64,000 bases of DNA from Octopus sinensis. Taxonomy: Eukaryota. Positions within the stretch are counted from its first letter, which is position 1; each line of letters starts with the position of its first letter. The stretch spans positions 124,001 to 188,000 of the forward strand of contig NW_021835991.1 of NCBI RefSeq assembly GCF_006345805.1. Reading direction: 5' to 3'. Shown here piece after piece: positions 22,082 through 34,880 of this stretch. The translations under genes and the position numbers were made by a program. The notes below the pieces were generated by a model, which searched no databases, was not told the origin of the DNA, and saw only the letters and a program-made list of their open reading frames with translations.

Positions 22082-25000
22082 GAGCCTATTAGAACACTAA
22101 CCATCCTTCAATTGAACATCAACGGGATTTCCAAGAAATGCAATGACCTACGCTACTTTCTACACACGAACTCTATTGATATAGCTCTTATTCAAGAGAC
22201 CAAACTTACTCAAAAATCCCAAACCCCCCGTTTTAAGGGATATTCCACCATTCGTCGTGACCGCCAGTCTGGAAAGCCTGGCGGTGGTCTCATTACTCTC
22301 ATTCACGAGGCCATTCCCTTTGCAGACTCAACTGCCAACATTGAATCTCTCTTAACTAATGATCGATTTACCGAAATTTCATCTATTCAAATTAACATTA
22401 ACAAGATATGTTACTCTGTTGTTAACACATATATCCCCCGATTTCGTCATGTGCTCCCAATTATACACCGAACTTACTGCCTCTTTTTTTCAATTGAAAA
22501 CTGTATTCTATGTGACGACTTCAACGCCCACCATCCTCTCTGGTTATCCACAAACAAAACTGACAAACGTGGCCAGCAAATCACAACGGATGCGGAAGAA
22601 TTGATCACTCTAAACAACCCTCTTCTACACACCCGCTGTGCAATGCGACCTGGAGATTCAAACACTTCTCCTGACATTACCTTATGTTCCCCAAACATCG
22701 CCCTCGACGCCAAATGGACAGTTCTGTACGACCTACCAACGGACCACAATCCTATTCTAATCAAAATAAACCATCACCCTGTAAAGAAGAGAATTACGAA
22801 GACCTACATTAACTACAAACGTGGGAAATGGGACTCGTTCAGGAGTGAAACTGAACGTATATTCAGTAATTTTTCTTGCTCCTCTTTCAATCATTTGACG
22901 CTGCCGTTGCTTTCTTTACTAGTACACTTCTTTCTGCGGACAAAAAATTTATTCCCCGCGGCTTCATCCGAAATCACGGCCTCCACTTCCCCCCACCTAT
23001 CATTGAACTATTCAAAAACGAAGGAGGATCAAATCGACGACTTCTATCAATGGAAATGGAGAATCCCTAGCAGAAATCAACAAACAAATTGACGAATTAA
23101 TCAAGAAACATAAAACTGACGAATGGAATGATTTTATCACTTCAATAACCCCAAATACTGGATCCCGTGCTTTCTGGAGAACCCTCAAGAAAATTCACAC
23201 GAGGCAAACATGTCCCCTCTCACATGCCACCGGTATCTCGACCAAAAAATGTCCTATCTTTCCAGGATCAAGCCAACATCTTAATTCGCCATTATGCAAA
23301 AATCAGTCACCTTCCTACCCCAAAGGATCTCCGTTTCGTAAGAAATCACATTATAAGTCAAATGACATTCTACTGACTATATTAACATCCCAGAATCATT
23401 TACCAGGCAACTTGTTGTTAACTCGCGGAATTCTAACGCCAGAGGTCCTGATGGCCTTGCCATCCACCACCTAAAAAATCTGGGTCCTAATGGCTTTCTG
23501 GCTCTGACCAATTTAATCGAATACTCGATCAACCATGGTCTGGTTCCTATGCTTTGGAAGAAATCTACCATCATCCCTATCCCAAAGCCAAATCGTGATA
23601 CCTCTGACCCCTCCTCTTTTCGACCTATCTCTTTGATCTCAGTGGTTTCAAAAATAACAGAGCGAGTTGTATTGAGCATCATAAAACCTTTCCTCCCATT
23701 TGCTGAATCTCAACATGGCTTTCGTTCTTTGCATTCCACTTCCACCCATCTTTCAAAACTGACACAATTCATTGCGGATGGGTTTAACAATCATAAGCCA
23801 CCTCAAAGAACAATTATTGCATCCATCGACATTGAAAAGGCATTTGACAGAACGTCAAGACACGTTCTGTGTAGGAAAATAACCGATACGGAATTCCCCT
23901 ACCAAATAAAGTCATGGCTACTCTCTTTTCTCTCTGGGCGTCTTGGTCGCACCACAATCATGTCTTCTTACTCACGCTACAAATACTTGCCTAACGGAGT
24001 TCCCCAAGGCTCGGTCCTTTCACCTGCCTTATTTAACTTACATCTGTCAAATATCCCGACGAACAATAATACTCTACTTCTCTCCTACGCTGATGACTTA
24101 ATTTTTGCCTCCCGCCACCAAAACATAATCACCGCTTCTGGATTTCTGCAGGAACACATGAACACTCTTTCGTCCTGGCTGAAATGCAATCTTCTTCAAC
24201 CTTCTCCTTCCAAATCATCTGTTACGCTATTCACAACTGACCGCCGTCAGTTCAACTTAGAGCCTAAACTATTCCTAGACAACACTCCACTCCCAGTTGA
24301 AAAATCCCCCAAAATCTTGGGTCTGATATTTGATTGCTGTTTGTCCTTCTCGAAACATGTTTCATATATCTGTGGAAAATCCCAGAAAAAACTCAATGTG
24401 CTCCGAGCTATTGCGGGGACTTCATTTGGGCAGGATAAGGAAAGTCTAACAACTGTATACAAGCAGTTTATTAGAACAACTATGAACTACGCCATCCCTG
24501 CTTGGGGTTCCTGCTTATCTAATACAAACCTTGAAAAACTTCAGAGAACTCAAACTCAGCATTACGAATTATTACCGGCTGTCTAAAAACGACACCTACC
24601 GACCACCTACATTGGGAATCGAAAATCCTTCCAATCAGTGACCATTTTGAAATGCTCGGGCTGCAATTTCTTGACAAATGCCGAACCCTAAATCACCCTG
24701 GCTACTTCCTCTGGCACTCCACTAACAACAGGAGAATAGTTCCGACCCTCGCGGACAAAGTCCGCAAGCTTATACGATCCCCTCCGACATTAACCAGAAG
24801 GGGATTCACGACCTGGTGGCTACGAGGGCAATCAGATGTCTGGAATAAACAAGCTTCTGGGACGCCTTCCGCCGCCAATTAATAAGATCGAATCCTCCCT
24901 CTCAAGAGAAGCCCGAGTGAACTTGGCTCGTCTCCGCTGTGGCCACCATACTGGCCTACACGATTATCGCATAAAAATCGGTCTTGGTGAATAACCCCTT

Positions 25001-25279
25001 CCTATTCCCTCAACGACCTTTTCTCCTGTCCAGGCCCGCCTTCTACTTCCTCGGAACACCGGATCACGATCGGGGATCTTTGGGAGCGTCCGACATTGGC
25101 CCTAACGTTCTTGTTAGCCACCGGCTTCCTTCAATTGAAGGGGCCGGGGTAAATAAATAAATAAATAAATAAATTGTTTATAATCTAGATTCTTAATGTC
25201 AAAATTCTTTAACAAATAACGAAAACGGAAACTGAATAACTATTTTATAATCCATTAATATATACGAATCTAGATTCCT

Positions 25280-25430
25280 AACGAAAATAAAAATTGTCTG
25301 TCGTTATGACCTGGGACAAAATTGTGTCAAAATTCTTAATGAACCATCTGAAGGTGCTCGAAAGGGTGAAGGCATATATTCAGATACTGGTGTTGCGAAA
25401 AATCTTAGAGAGTTTGCAAGCCGAGACGAA
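25280..25430 (+). pseudogene. 3' tip of a REL-type non-LTR element (related pieces at about 28500-28900)
   Basis: SVVMTWDKIVSK..AYIQILVLRKILES; DHLATRCD at about 28545 and PIVLTWDG (minus strand) at about 28850. Confidence 0.55.
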
Positions 25431-28400
25431 GCACGGATTATCGATGCCTGTTGAGTGCGTACCCCTGAATTTAGACTGCGCGTCGACATGTATCTGCCCA
25501 TCCGTGCTGTAAACGTAGGTCTTAAGAGGACGACGTTGATGTAAAAAATTGACCTTGGCCGACTGAACCACTAATGGTTCCCAAAAAAATTTTAGTGGAC
25601 CCAGGAATTTTGAAAAATAAAAATATATATAAGTTAAAACTAATTGTATAATTAATTATAATACAATAGACATTAAAATTAGTCTGATTTGATTAGCGTG
25701 GTTTATTATTCTACTTATTATTAACAAGATTGTCGTTTTTGGTCGGATTGTTACGTTGAATTTGGATTCACCAAATTTATTGCCTCAAATAATGAAATAA
25801 ATAGAAAATACAAAATTTTCCATAGAATTATGGGAAACAATCCACTGAACCCCTCTAACATAGGAGTCAAAAAGAGTCTGAACACTCAGAAAATTGTTGC
25901 TTACATGAATTTTTTAAAGTCATAAGAACGAAATTTAATTCGCAGCCAAAGCTTGGATTCATATAATAAATCTCAAGATAAATCGAGGTTAGAATCATCA
26001 TATGTTGTAATTTTAACCTAAAACAAATAGATCTCTAATTTTTATTCTGTTTGGAGATGGATACACTTGTGGAGAGGAAATCCTCAATATTTTTGACACT
26101 TCTATGAAGACGAATAATTAATTATGCTTGCGGGTTGTTAACCCATGGAAACAATTCCCCCGACTGAAGCAAGCCTGTCACTACTGCAAGACCGAAATTT
26201 GTTTTTCAATAACGGAGAGAATAAATGCAGCCACTGCAACTTGGCAAGTCAAATCGACAGTGAGAAAACTTGATTATCAAAGACCGATCCCTAAACTGGA
26301 GTCTCTGCTCCGCGTATGGGCATATGGAATGTCTAATTAATAGACTTTTAAAGTCTTTTTTGCTTTATTCCTGCTCGGATTATTTTGGCTGGCAATTCTG
26401 ATGTCACTTTTGTTAAATTAATTGTGTGACATTCACTTTTAGGGGATAGAACTCTACATACTTAAAAAGGAAATAGAAAAATAAGATCAATTAAACAAAC
26501 AAAGTGTACACGACTGTATCCCTTTTATTTGAATTATATTTCAAAACTTGTCCTAGGACTGAATGTCAAATCGGGATATGCCAAAAGAGTTCATCAAACA
26601 AACTCTTAAAATGAAAAGAAAAATTTACAAATAATCTAAGAATAATTTAGCGGACATCTGTGCTTGTAAAGTCCGACCATTGCATGGTCCAAACCAAGGT
26701 TTTCTGATTGTAGCAAAGCATCCCGGGTTGTTTTGGTAAGAAAGATGTTGAAGATCTTTTTGGTTTATCGTGTTTACGCAAGAGACACCAAAAAAATATT
26801 GGAAACAAGTTAAATTTAAATTTTGTTTACTGCTCTTCTACAATGCCTAAAACAGGTTTCTATCACTAAGCGAATTTCTTCTATTGTTAATCTTCATTGG
26901 ATGGAAAATTATTCCGCAAATTATGTAATTTCCATTTTGCTCTGCCAGAAAGTTAATTTTTTTGTTCATTTCGTAATTATAAATAATATAAAAGCAAAAA
27001 ATTTATAAACTATCTGAGATATCAAATTATACAATCCAATTTGCTGAAGGAGAGACGGGATTGTATTAAAAGAAAAGGCTCATCATCATTTAGACTAATA
27101 GAATCCTTAAAGGATCGATGTATCCAATATGCACCAGGATTGACGACTGACGCCGTTATCAGTGTTATCGCTGCGGAATCGGATGTCTTAATCGGCCACA
27201 CAACAAAAAATGGGGAGGGGTAACAAGATGAAGCAGAAGAGACACATGACTTTATTTTGATTAGTTAGTTCCTTGGTAACGTGTTCTCTTTCTGTCTTGT
27301 TCTTTTTATAAAAAAAGTGTGCCCGGCCTGGGCGACATGTCAGCATTCGCGGAAGGTATATTTACGATTTTTACGCAACTCCTTGCCGGATCAACTATTT
27401 TTTTAAGACAAGTGAAATTCTTTTGCATGTATTCGTTGTGGAAGAAGATGAACAGAGAGAATATTTGTTGTAAATGTTCACCTTGAAAATGGACATCTTT
27501 TTCTTTATAGGTTTCTTCTCTTTTAAAGAATTTAGTCTATGAATCTCGCAGAGATGAAGTTATGATTGTGCTCAGGTCTTGTCCACAATGTCTTGCTAGA
27601 CGACTTATGAACACTCGATCGAGTATAACACCAATAGAGCATATACAGTAAGAGAAAGATAGTAAGTATGTATTCTAATATCAGATATCTTTTTGATTGA
27701 GTTAATGCACGCCAATATTCAAATTCCAGTGGCAACCAAATATGCACTTCTAAGAATTCATTGATGTTCGATTTTGTACTACATTAAAGAATCTGCCGAA
27801 TATCGATGTGGGACCTGAACGGGAGCAAACAAACCAGCCCAAGTCCAATATTTGTCGACAAATAAACAAATTATTGGGTTGTGACAACCGAATGAATTTT
27901 GACAGTAGTGTCAGGAAGTATGACACCATCTAAAATCCTAGTCTCGTCATTACCCGACTATCGTCTTCCGTGATGATACAGTATAAAGTATATCCCGAGC
28001 ATAAAGTAACAATCCAGGTTGTGTGACATTCAATTAATAAGTTTTAAATTAACGACTTTAAATTTATTTATTAAACTGAAAGCGTTTTTTATTTTTTAAA
28101 CAAGCGTTCGACTTTATCTTTTTATATTTGCATCACCAATAGATTATGAATAAAAATCAAACTTTTACCGGTCCTCCAGTACGAGAATCTTTGTTAGTGG
28201 CGTTTCTGATAGTTGTCCGGGAGTGGTCTATTTGCTTATAATCACGGATTATCTCAAGTGCAAATTTACATTCCATGAAACTGGAAATCTTTTTTTGAAC
28301 ATGCTGAGAGAATTGCAGAAGAACTTTATGATGGAGCAAATAAAGAATAAACAATGGCATGCAACTCTCTCAGATTTTTTAAATGATCTAAGCGTCAATG

Positions 28401-29408
28401 TTGCTAATTTTCCAGTTGATTATTGCATAGAAAAAACTTACCGGAAACAGTGAAGACTCTCTGTTTCATACAGAAAAGTATTCTATTTTTTATAATGCTA
28501 GAATAATGTGCAGTCACCGTAACTCAGCCAAGAAGACGGTTGATCACTTGGCGACAAGGTGTGATTGAATGCTAGTGACTATTTACAAAGACACAGTGAA
28601 CTATGTTGTGCAGGTAGTATAGAATTACGAAATCGAAGGTTGAAAATCTATTCTTTTAGTCGAAGAGTGCGAATTACTCTGTGAAGATTCGTATCGATGC
28701 AACAATAAATAAAAATACGAAAGTCCAGAGTAACGAGGCGGACATGAGAAGCACAATCTGCTTATAGAGATTGTGATGATCTCTCAAAAAGACCTGATCG
28801 ATCAAAAAGTGCAGATTGTAGGAATTTTTGAGTAACCAGCCATCCCATGTTAATACAATAGGTACATGAACCACATGTCTGACTCTGCAGTTCCTTGCGT
28901 AATTCGCAGAATTACTGTGGAAATGTTTGTAATTAGAATATAGTTTATTTTTTATTAATTATTGTTTAATTATCCTAATTTTAATGGTAAACCTAATGAA
29001 TTATTCCACGTGTGAGCACGCAGTTGATTCACCTTGTGGTGATGTTTATATAATTAACCCTTTTCTTATTTTTTATATAATTGGATTTAGTGGGAATATA
29101 TCGAGATGCAGTTTCTTTTAATGATTAAATTATTTGAAATTTCATCATTTTGTGATATTTTTCGAATTTATTCCTATAATTTGTTTCTTTTACTCATTTT
29201 GAAATTTCTGTAACGCTAATATTTTTTGAAATATTTATTTATTCAATTTTTAATCATTTCTGGGACTTTTTCATATACTTATCTTTTCCCACGACCAGTT
29301 AAGTTTTTTATATACAGTATAAACTCCATTTGGGGAATGAATTTTGTAAAAATTGCCTGAAATTTTCTTCATTTTTATAAACTAACATTTTTAAGTACTA
29401 AAATTTTT

Positions 29409-30547
29409 GGTACATATGTAGTAGTTGGCGGCCACTTTTTAGCGAATTTTAAAAAAACTATATTTTTTTTGGTGAATAATTACCTTTTTTAAATAATATT
29501 ACTATAAAAAAATTAATTATTTTTATACAAAATTATTAATTATTTTTTTTATTTTAGTTTTGATTCTGGGGGACAATGTAAGGCAATGCACTCCATGATT
29601 GTTTCAAATTCTTTCTTTTTGGCTGTCTGTCGCCAAATGAACTCCGTAAAATAACTATTAAGGTGTTGTCTGACTGTTCCCCTTTGTTTTCTATTACGCC
29701 ATTTGGCGCTACTCCACATTCTAAGGAATAATTATATAATTGGAAACCTTTCAATATGTTGGGTGTGTGCACCCGTAGTTGGATCAACAAAACAATATCT
29801 GTGATTCACTTGCAGGTGCTGATATCCTGCATCCTGAAGATCTTTTGTTGAATAACCCTTCCAGCAGTCTGATATGATAATGGTGCCTTCTTCTACATTC
29901 TCAAGAATAGCCTTCGTAAGGGTCTTCATTGTTCTGTCAGGTATTGCTTCTAAGAAGCATTGGTTCGTTTCTCTGCAGATTCCGCCGAAAACCCATTGCT
30001 CAGGCAACATTCTGCCTCTGTTGTATTTCCTTTTTGAAAAATGACTTTCGTCAATTTCCACATCATTCCTTCACCGCCTATTATATTATAAATTTACGCA
30101 CACCTATTTTGGATCTCTGACGAGATGTCAATGATAGCATGCAAATTTCACGCATGTACATTGACCAGTCCACGGTTGTATGTGAAGCCCAACCAAGATT
30201 TTCCATGCATATCTCCATAGAAGATATATTTTTTGCCCACAGGTAGACAAACCGGATTATATCTTCGAATGGTACTTTGGTTCCTGCTAACCACGTTCCT
30301 GTTGAGTTTTTAATGATATAAATACCAGTTTTTAGACTCGATTTACTTCGACAGCCCCTTCTGTAGCTTCTGACATATTTGTGGGTAGATTGAATAGATT
30401 GACCTCACTTCTCATTTAAATTAAAGTAGCGTGGGATTTTATTATTTTTATATTGTATTATTTTTAATTATATATTTTTTTAACTAAAAAAAATATAGTT
30501 TTTTTAAAATTCGCTAAAAAGTGGCCGCCAACTACTACATATGTACC
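29409..30547 (-). mobile_element. Merlin (IS1595/IS1016-like) DNA transposon
   Basis: About 60-bp TIR GGTACATATGTAGTAGTTGGCGGCCACTTTTTAGCG... and an 8-bp TSD AAATTTTT (29401-29408 and 30548-30555). Confidence 0.93.
29549..30415 (-). pseudogene. Merlin DDE transposase with three tiny introns, N-terminal deletion and a 1-nt frameshift
   Basis: EIDES..WVFGG..SDCWKGY..VNH..HTQHIER/MWSSAK..FIWR. Introns 30299-30325 (27 nt), 30078-30103 (26 nt) and 29721-29747 (27 nt, contains an in-frame TAA). Confidence 0.85.
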
Positions 30548-30650
30548 AAATTTTTATTCTACTGACGAGTTTTTCGTTATCATTTGTTCATTTGCAACGG
30601 TGAGTCATGTAATATGCGACATGGGCCAAATGATACTTATCCGATGCGCG

Positions 30651-32160
30651 TTACACTGAGTGGCTATTACCCCTGACAACGGTTGTTGAAAGGCGTTGAA
30701 ACAGCCATTCGGTCTCCCTTCTATCTTTCGTCTGAACCGAGATCAGGGATCCAAGTTTCCTAATGAAAGAGATTGATTCCGGACCGAAGACTCCAGATGA
30801 CTCCACAATAATCGGTTGCACTATGAACCTGTCCTTGAGCTCTGAATATTTTAATTTTTTCGTAGTTCTGTGAAGCATATCCTGGAGAGGAGGCTGAGGC
30901 GATCAGGTTTGTCTCTGAGAAGGTGTCGGTGCAGGCGCAGTCCCAGACAAGGCACTTCCCGTTGGTGTACGGGAAAATTGTTATCCCATCCGGCCTTTTT
31001 CAAATTGAAAGAAAAAAGAGAGAATAAAATAGTTATTAACTAACTAAATTCCCGGCCTCGTAAATGGAAACACAGTTTCCACGTACTATAGCCAAGGAAA
31101 ACAATTCGTCGATGCGTTTTCCAAATGGCTCACTTGCCTTCGCCATAAAAATTCTACAAATTAAATCTGAATATTTTATATGTCGCGTCCCACACGAGCT
31201 ACCCATCCCATGGTGGTTACATGTCACCTGTCAATAAATAATAATGCCTGCCATGGTGACTGTCAAATTTAATAATTAATTGAATCCGTGACATTCTTGG
31301 GAAAAAAACTAAGTAACAAATCGATTGAATTAATTAGTATGACCCTAGCATAGCGTGTGAATTTCCGCGGACAATTGCACACGAAATCCTCTGGAAGAGC
31401 CACGACGTCTCCCGCGGATCACCTGTTTTTTTGGTGATTAGACCACCCAATCTTCGAATGAACGAAAAACTCTCTGACTGAATGGGCTGATGCTTCACAA
31501 CCTCCTCTGACACCCAATTGGATGTTTTTAAAGATGCTCGGGTAGGAATGGGAGCTACGACTGCATAATATTTTGGCTGCAAGGCGTCTAAAAGTGCACC
31601 CAACAGAAATCGGTCTAATTCTGCTGTCCTTTTTATTAAGGGCGGTGAGGCTTCCAGACATGAAGAGAGAACGTGCAAAATCAGAGATATGGCCACTGAT
31701 GAAAAGGGTTATCAGGTCGCATATTGAATCAATTAGGTTCACACCTGCATCAGACGAATTGAGTGATAAAAGGTCGCGAATGTGACCGGGACGAAGGCCG
31801 TCTAACCCCCCACTACTGGAGGGTCGGAATGATTTGAGATTATAAAGGAGCTCTTCTTTGCTCACTTTTTTAACTTCGGTAAAATGAGGACGAGAAAGGA
31901 ATTCTAGATCATTTTTAACGTCGGGATGTTTTCCCTTAACAGCTCGAGAGTCCTGTCCCCAATAGAGGCAAATGAGTCGTTACTGCAAAGAATTCTTAGA
32001 GCGGTTTTCCAAAAGATCACTTTACTGCATCTTCTGATTTTCCAAATGATTTTGAAAATCTTTATATTCCGGGTGCTTAGATGAAAAATGTCTACGAAGT
32101 TTAGATGGAACCATTGATTCATTCGACAACATCTCCATGCAAATCAGGCACTGTGGTAAA
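30651..32160 (-). pseudogene. Cluster of CRE-clade fragments (RT and three 3' ends)
   Basis: SSGGLDGLRPGH..IRPISVGCTFRRLAAK..QLGVRGGCE. Three ..IVRGN(S/C) termini at about 30660, 31075 and 31360. Confidence 0.8.
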
Positions 32161-32218
32161 CTATTTCCAGTGCCACAACAGTCAAAACCCATAGATAAAA
32201 AAGATGATTTGTAATGAC

Positions 32219-33996
32219 TAGGGCAATTTAAGTTAAAAAAGTTAAAATATATGAAAATGTGTATTTTGGCTTAAAAGTAAAAATAAAGTATTTTTTAAAT
32301 GAAATAGTTACTTATTAAAGAAAAAAATAAAGTTAAAAAGTTAAAAAAATTTTTTATAAAGTTAAAAATTTTAACTTTATTTAAAATAGCGCGTGGGTGT
32401 TTAGTATGCCAAGAACTGTAAAAACAATGTATTTTAAGGCAAAAAAAATTGTTATTGAATATCCGCTGGAGTTTTTATTACGAGAGAATGGCGAGTTGCA
32501 ATGTCAACTTTGCTTATGCACAGTCAGGTGTGAGAAAAAGCATTTTGTGAATTCTCACCGAGAATCGAAGAAGCACTCAAATTTATTAAGTTTTTACAAA
32601 TTAATATAATTTTTAGAGAATAATTTCTATCAGCCTTGTTTGGACGAGTTACCCAATGATGACTGGTCAATGCAAGTCACTAAAGCATTTATTCAATGCG
32701 ATATACCCTTGCATAAATTGACTATGCCTCCTCTAAAGAATTTATTCAAGAATACTTCTTTGCCTCTTCCTTCCCAATACAAAGCAAGAATGTGCGTTAA
32801 ACAATTGAAAACTGAATATATTGTATTATTTCAAGAAAAGTTTAGGTTTATGAATATATAATTTTTTAGAAATCAACTTGTATTCGCCATAAGTGACGAG
32901 GTCACTATTCGTAGTCAAAAATTTGTTGCAGTTTTAATGGGGATACTTAAAAATCCCGATAAAACTTATTTGATTTCTTTCGTAAAAATTGATAAAACTT
33001 CTACCAAAGAAACAATTATTCAAATTGTTGACGATACGATTAAATGCGTTTTAATTGAAAGACAAAATTTCCTTCTCCTAATAACAGATTCCGCTAAATA
33101 TATGCTAGCAGGTTTTAATTTAACATATAATTATAGCTGGAAAAGTTCTTAAGCTTTTATATCCAAGGTTATTTCACGTAACTTGTGTTGCTCATCTGAT
33201 GCATAATTTTTCAATGAAAATCAGGACTATTTATCCTGAAATTGATTCTCTTATTGCATCAATTCAAGCGGCAATAACAAAAAATAACAAGAGAAAACGA
33301 CTATTTAATGAAATTGGAATTCCACCTCATGTAGTTTTAACTAGATGGGGTACTTGGCTAACTGCTGCATTTTATTATGCAAAAAATTTAATACATGTGA
33401 TAAACATTTTCAAAACAATTCCTGATGATGGAATCATTGTTCAGGCTGCAAAAAATAGCCTAAGAGATGAATCTCTAGTAAAAAGCTTAAGTTCTATTGT
33501 TAGAAATTATTCGACAATTCCAGATAAAACTAGTTTAATAATAGCAGAATTATTGTGCAAATTTGAAAGTTCTCACTCCTCAATAGAGTTAGCTTACAAT
33601 GAGCTAAAGAATTTAAAATTTGACGACGAATCAGATATAATTGAAAAATATTTGAATGAACGATTACAAAAAAATAATTTATGTCAAATTATAAGAATGA
33701 CAAATTCATCAATTTCTCCTGAAGAATATTGTATGCTTTTAAAGTGTCAGCCTTCATTCTCTTCCATAGAACGATGCTTCTCTCAAATTAAAAACTTTAT
33801 GAGGGATAACAGAAATTTTAATATTGAAAATATAGAGAATTATGTTATATGTTTGTATAATAAATGATTCTTAAGTTAAAATTTGTTAGGTTAAAATTTT
33901 TGTTTTATAGGTTAAAATTTGGTTATTTTTAGGTTAAAAAGTTAAAATTTTTAGGTTAAAAAATCGAAGTTTTTAGGTTAAAAAAAAATTGCCCTA
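32219..33996 (+). mobile_element. hAT-superfamily transposon, apparently intact
   Basis: TIR TAGGGCAATTT, 8-bp TSD GTAATGAC (32211-32218 and 33997-34004), and many subterminal (A/G)GTTAAAA motifs at both ends. Confidence 0.92.
32406..33867 (+). CDS. hAT-type transposase, 461 aa after splicing three tiny introns
   Basis: Exons 32406-32589, 32617-32845, 32870-33111 and 33137-33867 (1386 nt, open). N-terminal CxxC..H..H finger, SDEVT, ITDSAKYM, TCVAHLMHN (CxxH), TRWGTW, SSIERCFS. Confidence 0.88.
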
Positions 33997-34149
33997 GTAA
34001 TGACGAATACTCCCATACACAGACATAACAAATAGCAACGTGATTATAATTTATTATAATTGTTTCATAATAAATAATTTTTAAGTTAAAAATTAAACAA
34101 AAAATAAGTAAATATAGATCTTCACGCGGCACAAAAATGTGCCGCGGCG

Positions 34150-34880
34150 CAGTGTTTGAAAACCTGTGATTTAGATATTTTTTTAGATTCGTTTCTTGGA
34201 AATTTTAGGAGAAATGTGGTGTTCGTTTTTTATTTTGGTTTACTGAAAGTCAATTATTTTGAACAAGTGGAAAAAATTATAGATGAGGCGAATACTTTTT
34301 TTGAATACACAAAAATGATATTTAATAGGTTGATTTAGAAGCATCGGCAAAAAAAATTCATAAAGCAATTGGATTCAAAGATATAAATGTTGATTTTTTG
34401 ATGAATTTGTTAATGTAAAATCGTTCTAGTCAAAAAAATAAGGAAAGGAAAACTAATCAGGATAACTACGAATCAAATCGGATGCATGTTTGTAAATATT
34501 TTAATGAGATAAGCACTCAAGTTTCAAATTTTATTAAAATTATCGAATATGTTCTTTGCTTACCTGGCACTACCGCTCCTGTAGACAGAATATTTTAAAT
34601 TATAAATTCCACTTGGTCAAATGAAAGAAGTCGAATGAAAGAAGAAACCTTCAAATCACAATTGAGTTGTAAATTGAACATTGACATGACGTGCACTGAT
34701 ATTTTAAAAAAAATCAAAAATTTATAGATAAAGTTCATTCAGTTAAAAAACATAATCGAATTTCTTGACTAATTTTAACTAAACATATTTTCTTGTTTTT
34801 CTGTAAAAATTTTTTTTTTCCCAGAAAGTCCCAAATTTTTATTGTCGAAATCGATAAACGTCCCGGATTTCCAGAATAAT
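34150..34880 (+). pseudogene. hAT transposase C-terminal remnant
   Basis: LCLPGTTAPVDRIF..NSTWSNERSRMKEE (dimerisation domain). Confidence 0.6.

Larger units (their letters stand above)
21884..25171 (+). mobile_element. Full-length single-ORF Ingi/I-group-like LINE (2A + APE + RT + C-terminal region), frameshifted
   Basis: 15-bp TSD AATTGTTTATAATCT (21869-21883 and 25172-25186) and a (TAAA)n tail. Motifs QLNING, IQETK, DFNAHH, TDHNPI, RPISL, IDIEKAFD, GVPQGSVLSP, YADD. The ORF is broken at about 22450, 22900, 23100-23550 and 24586. Confidence 0.9.

Noticed and set aside
27880-28028. TGTGACA...TGTGACA segment as a solo LTR
   Set aside because: No TSD, no second copy and no convincing PBS or PPT.
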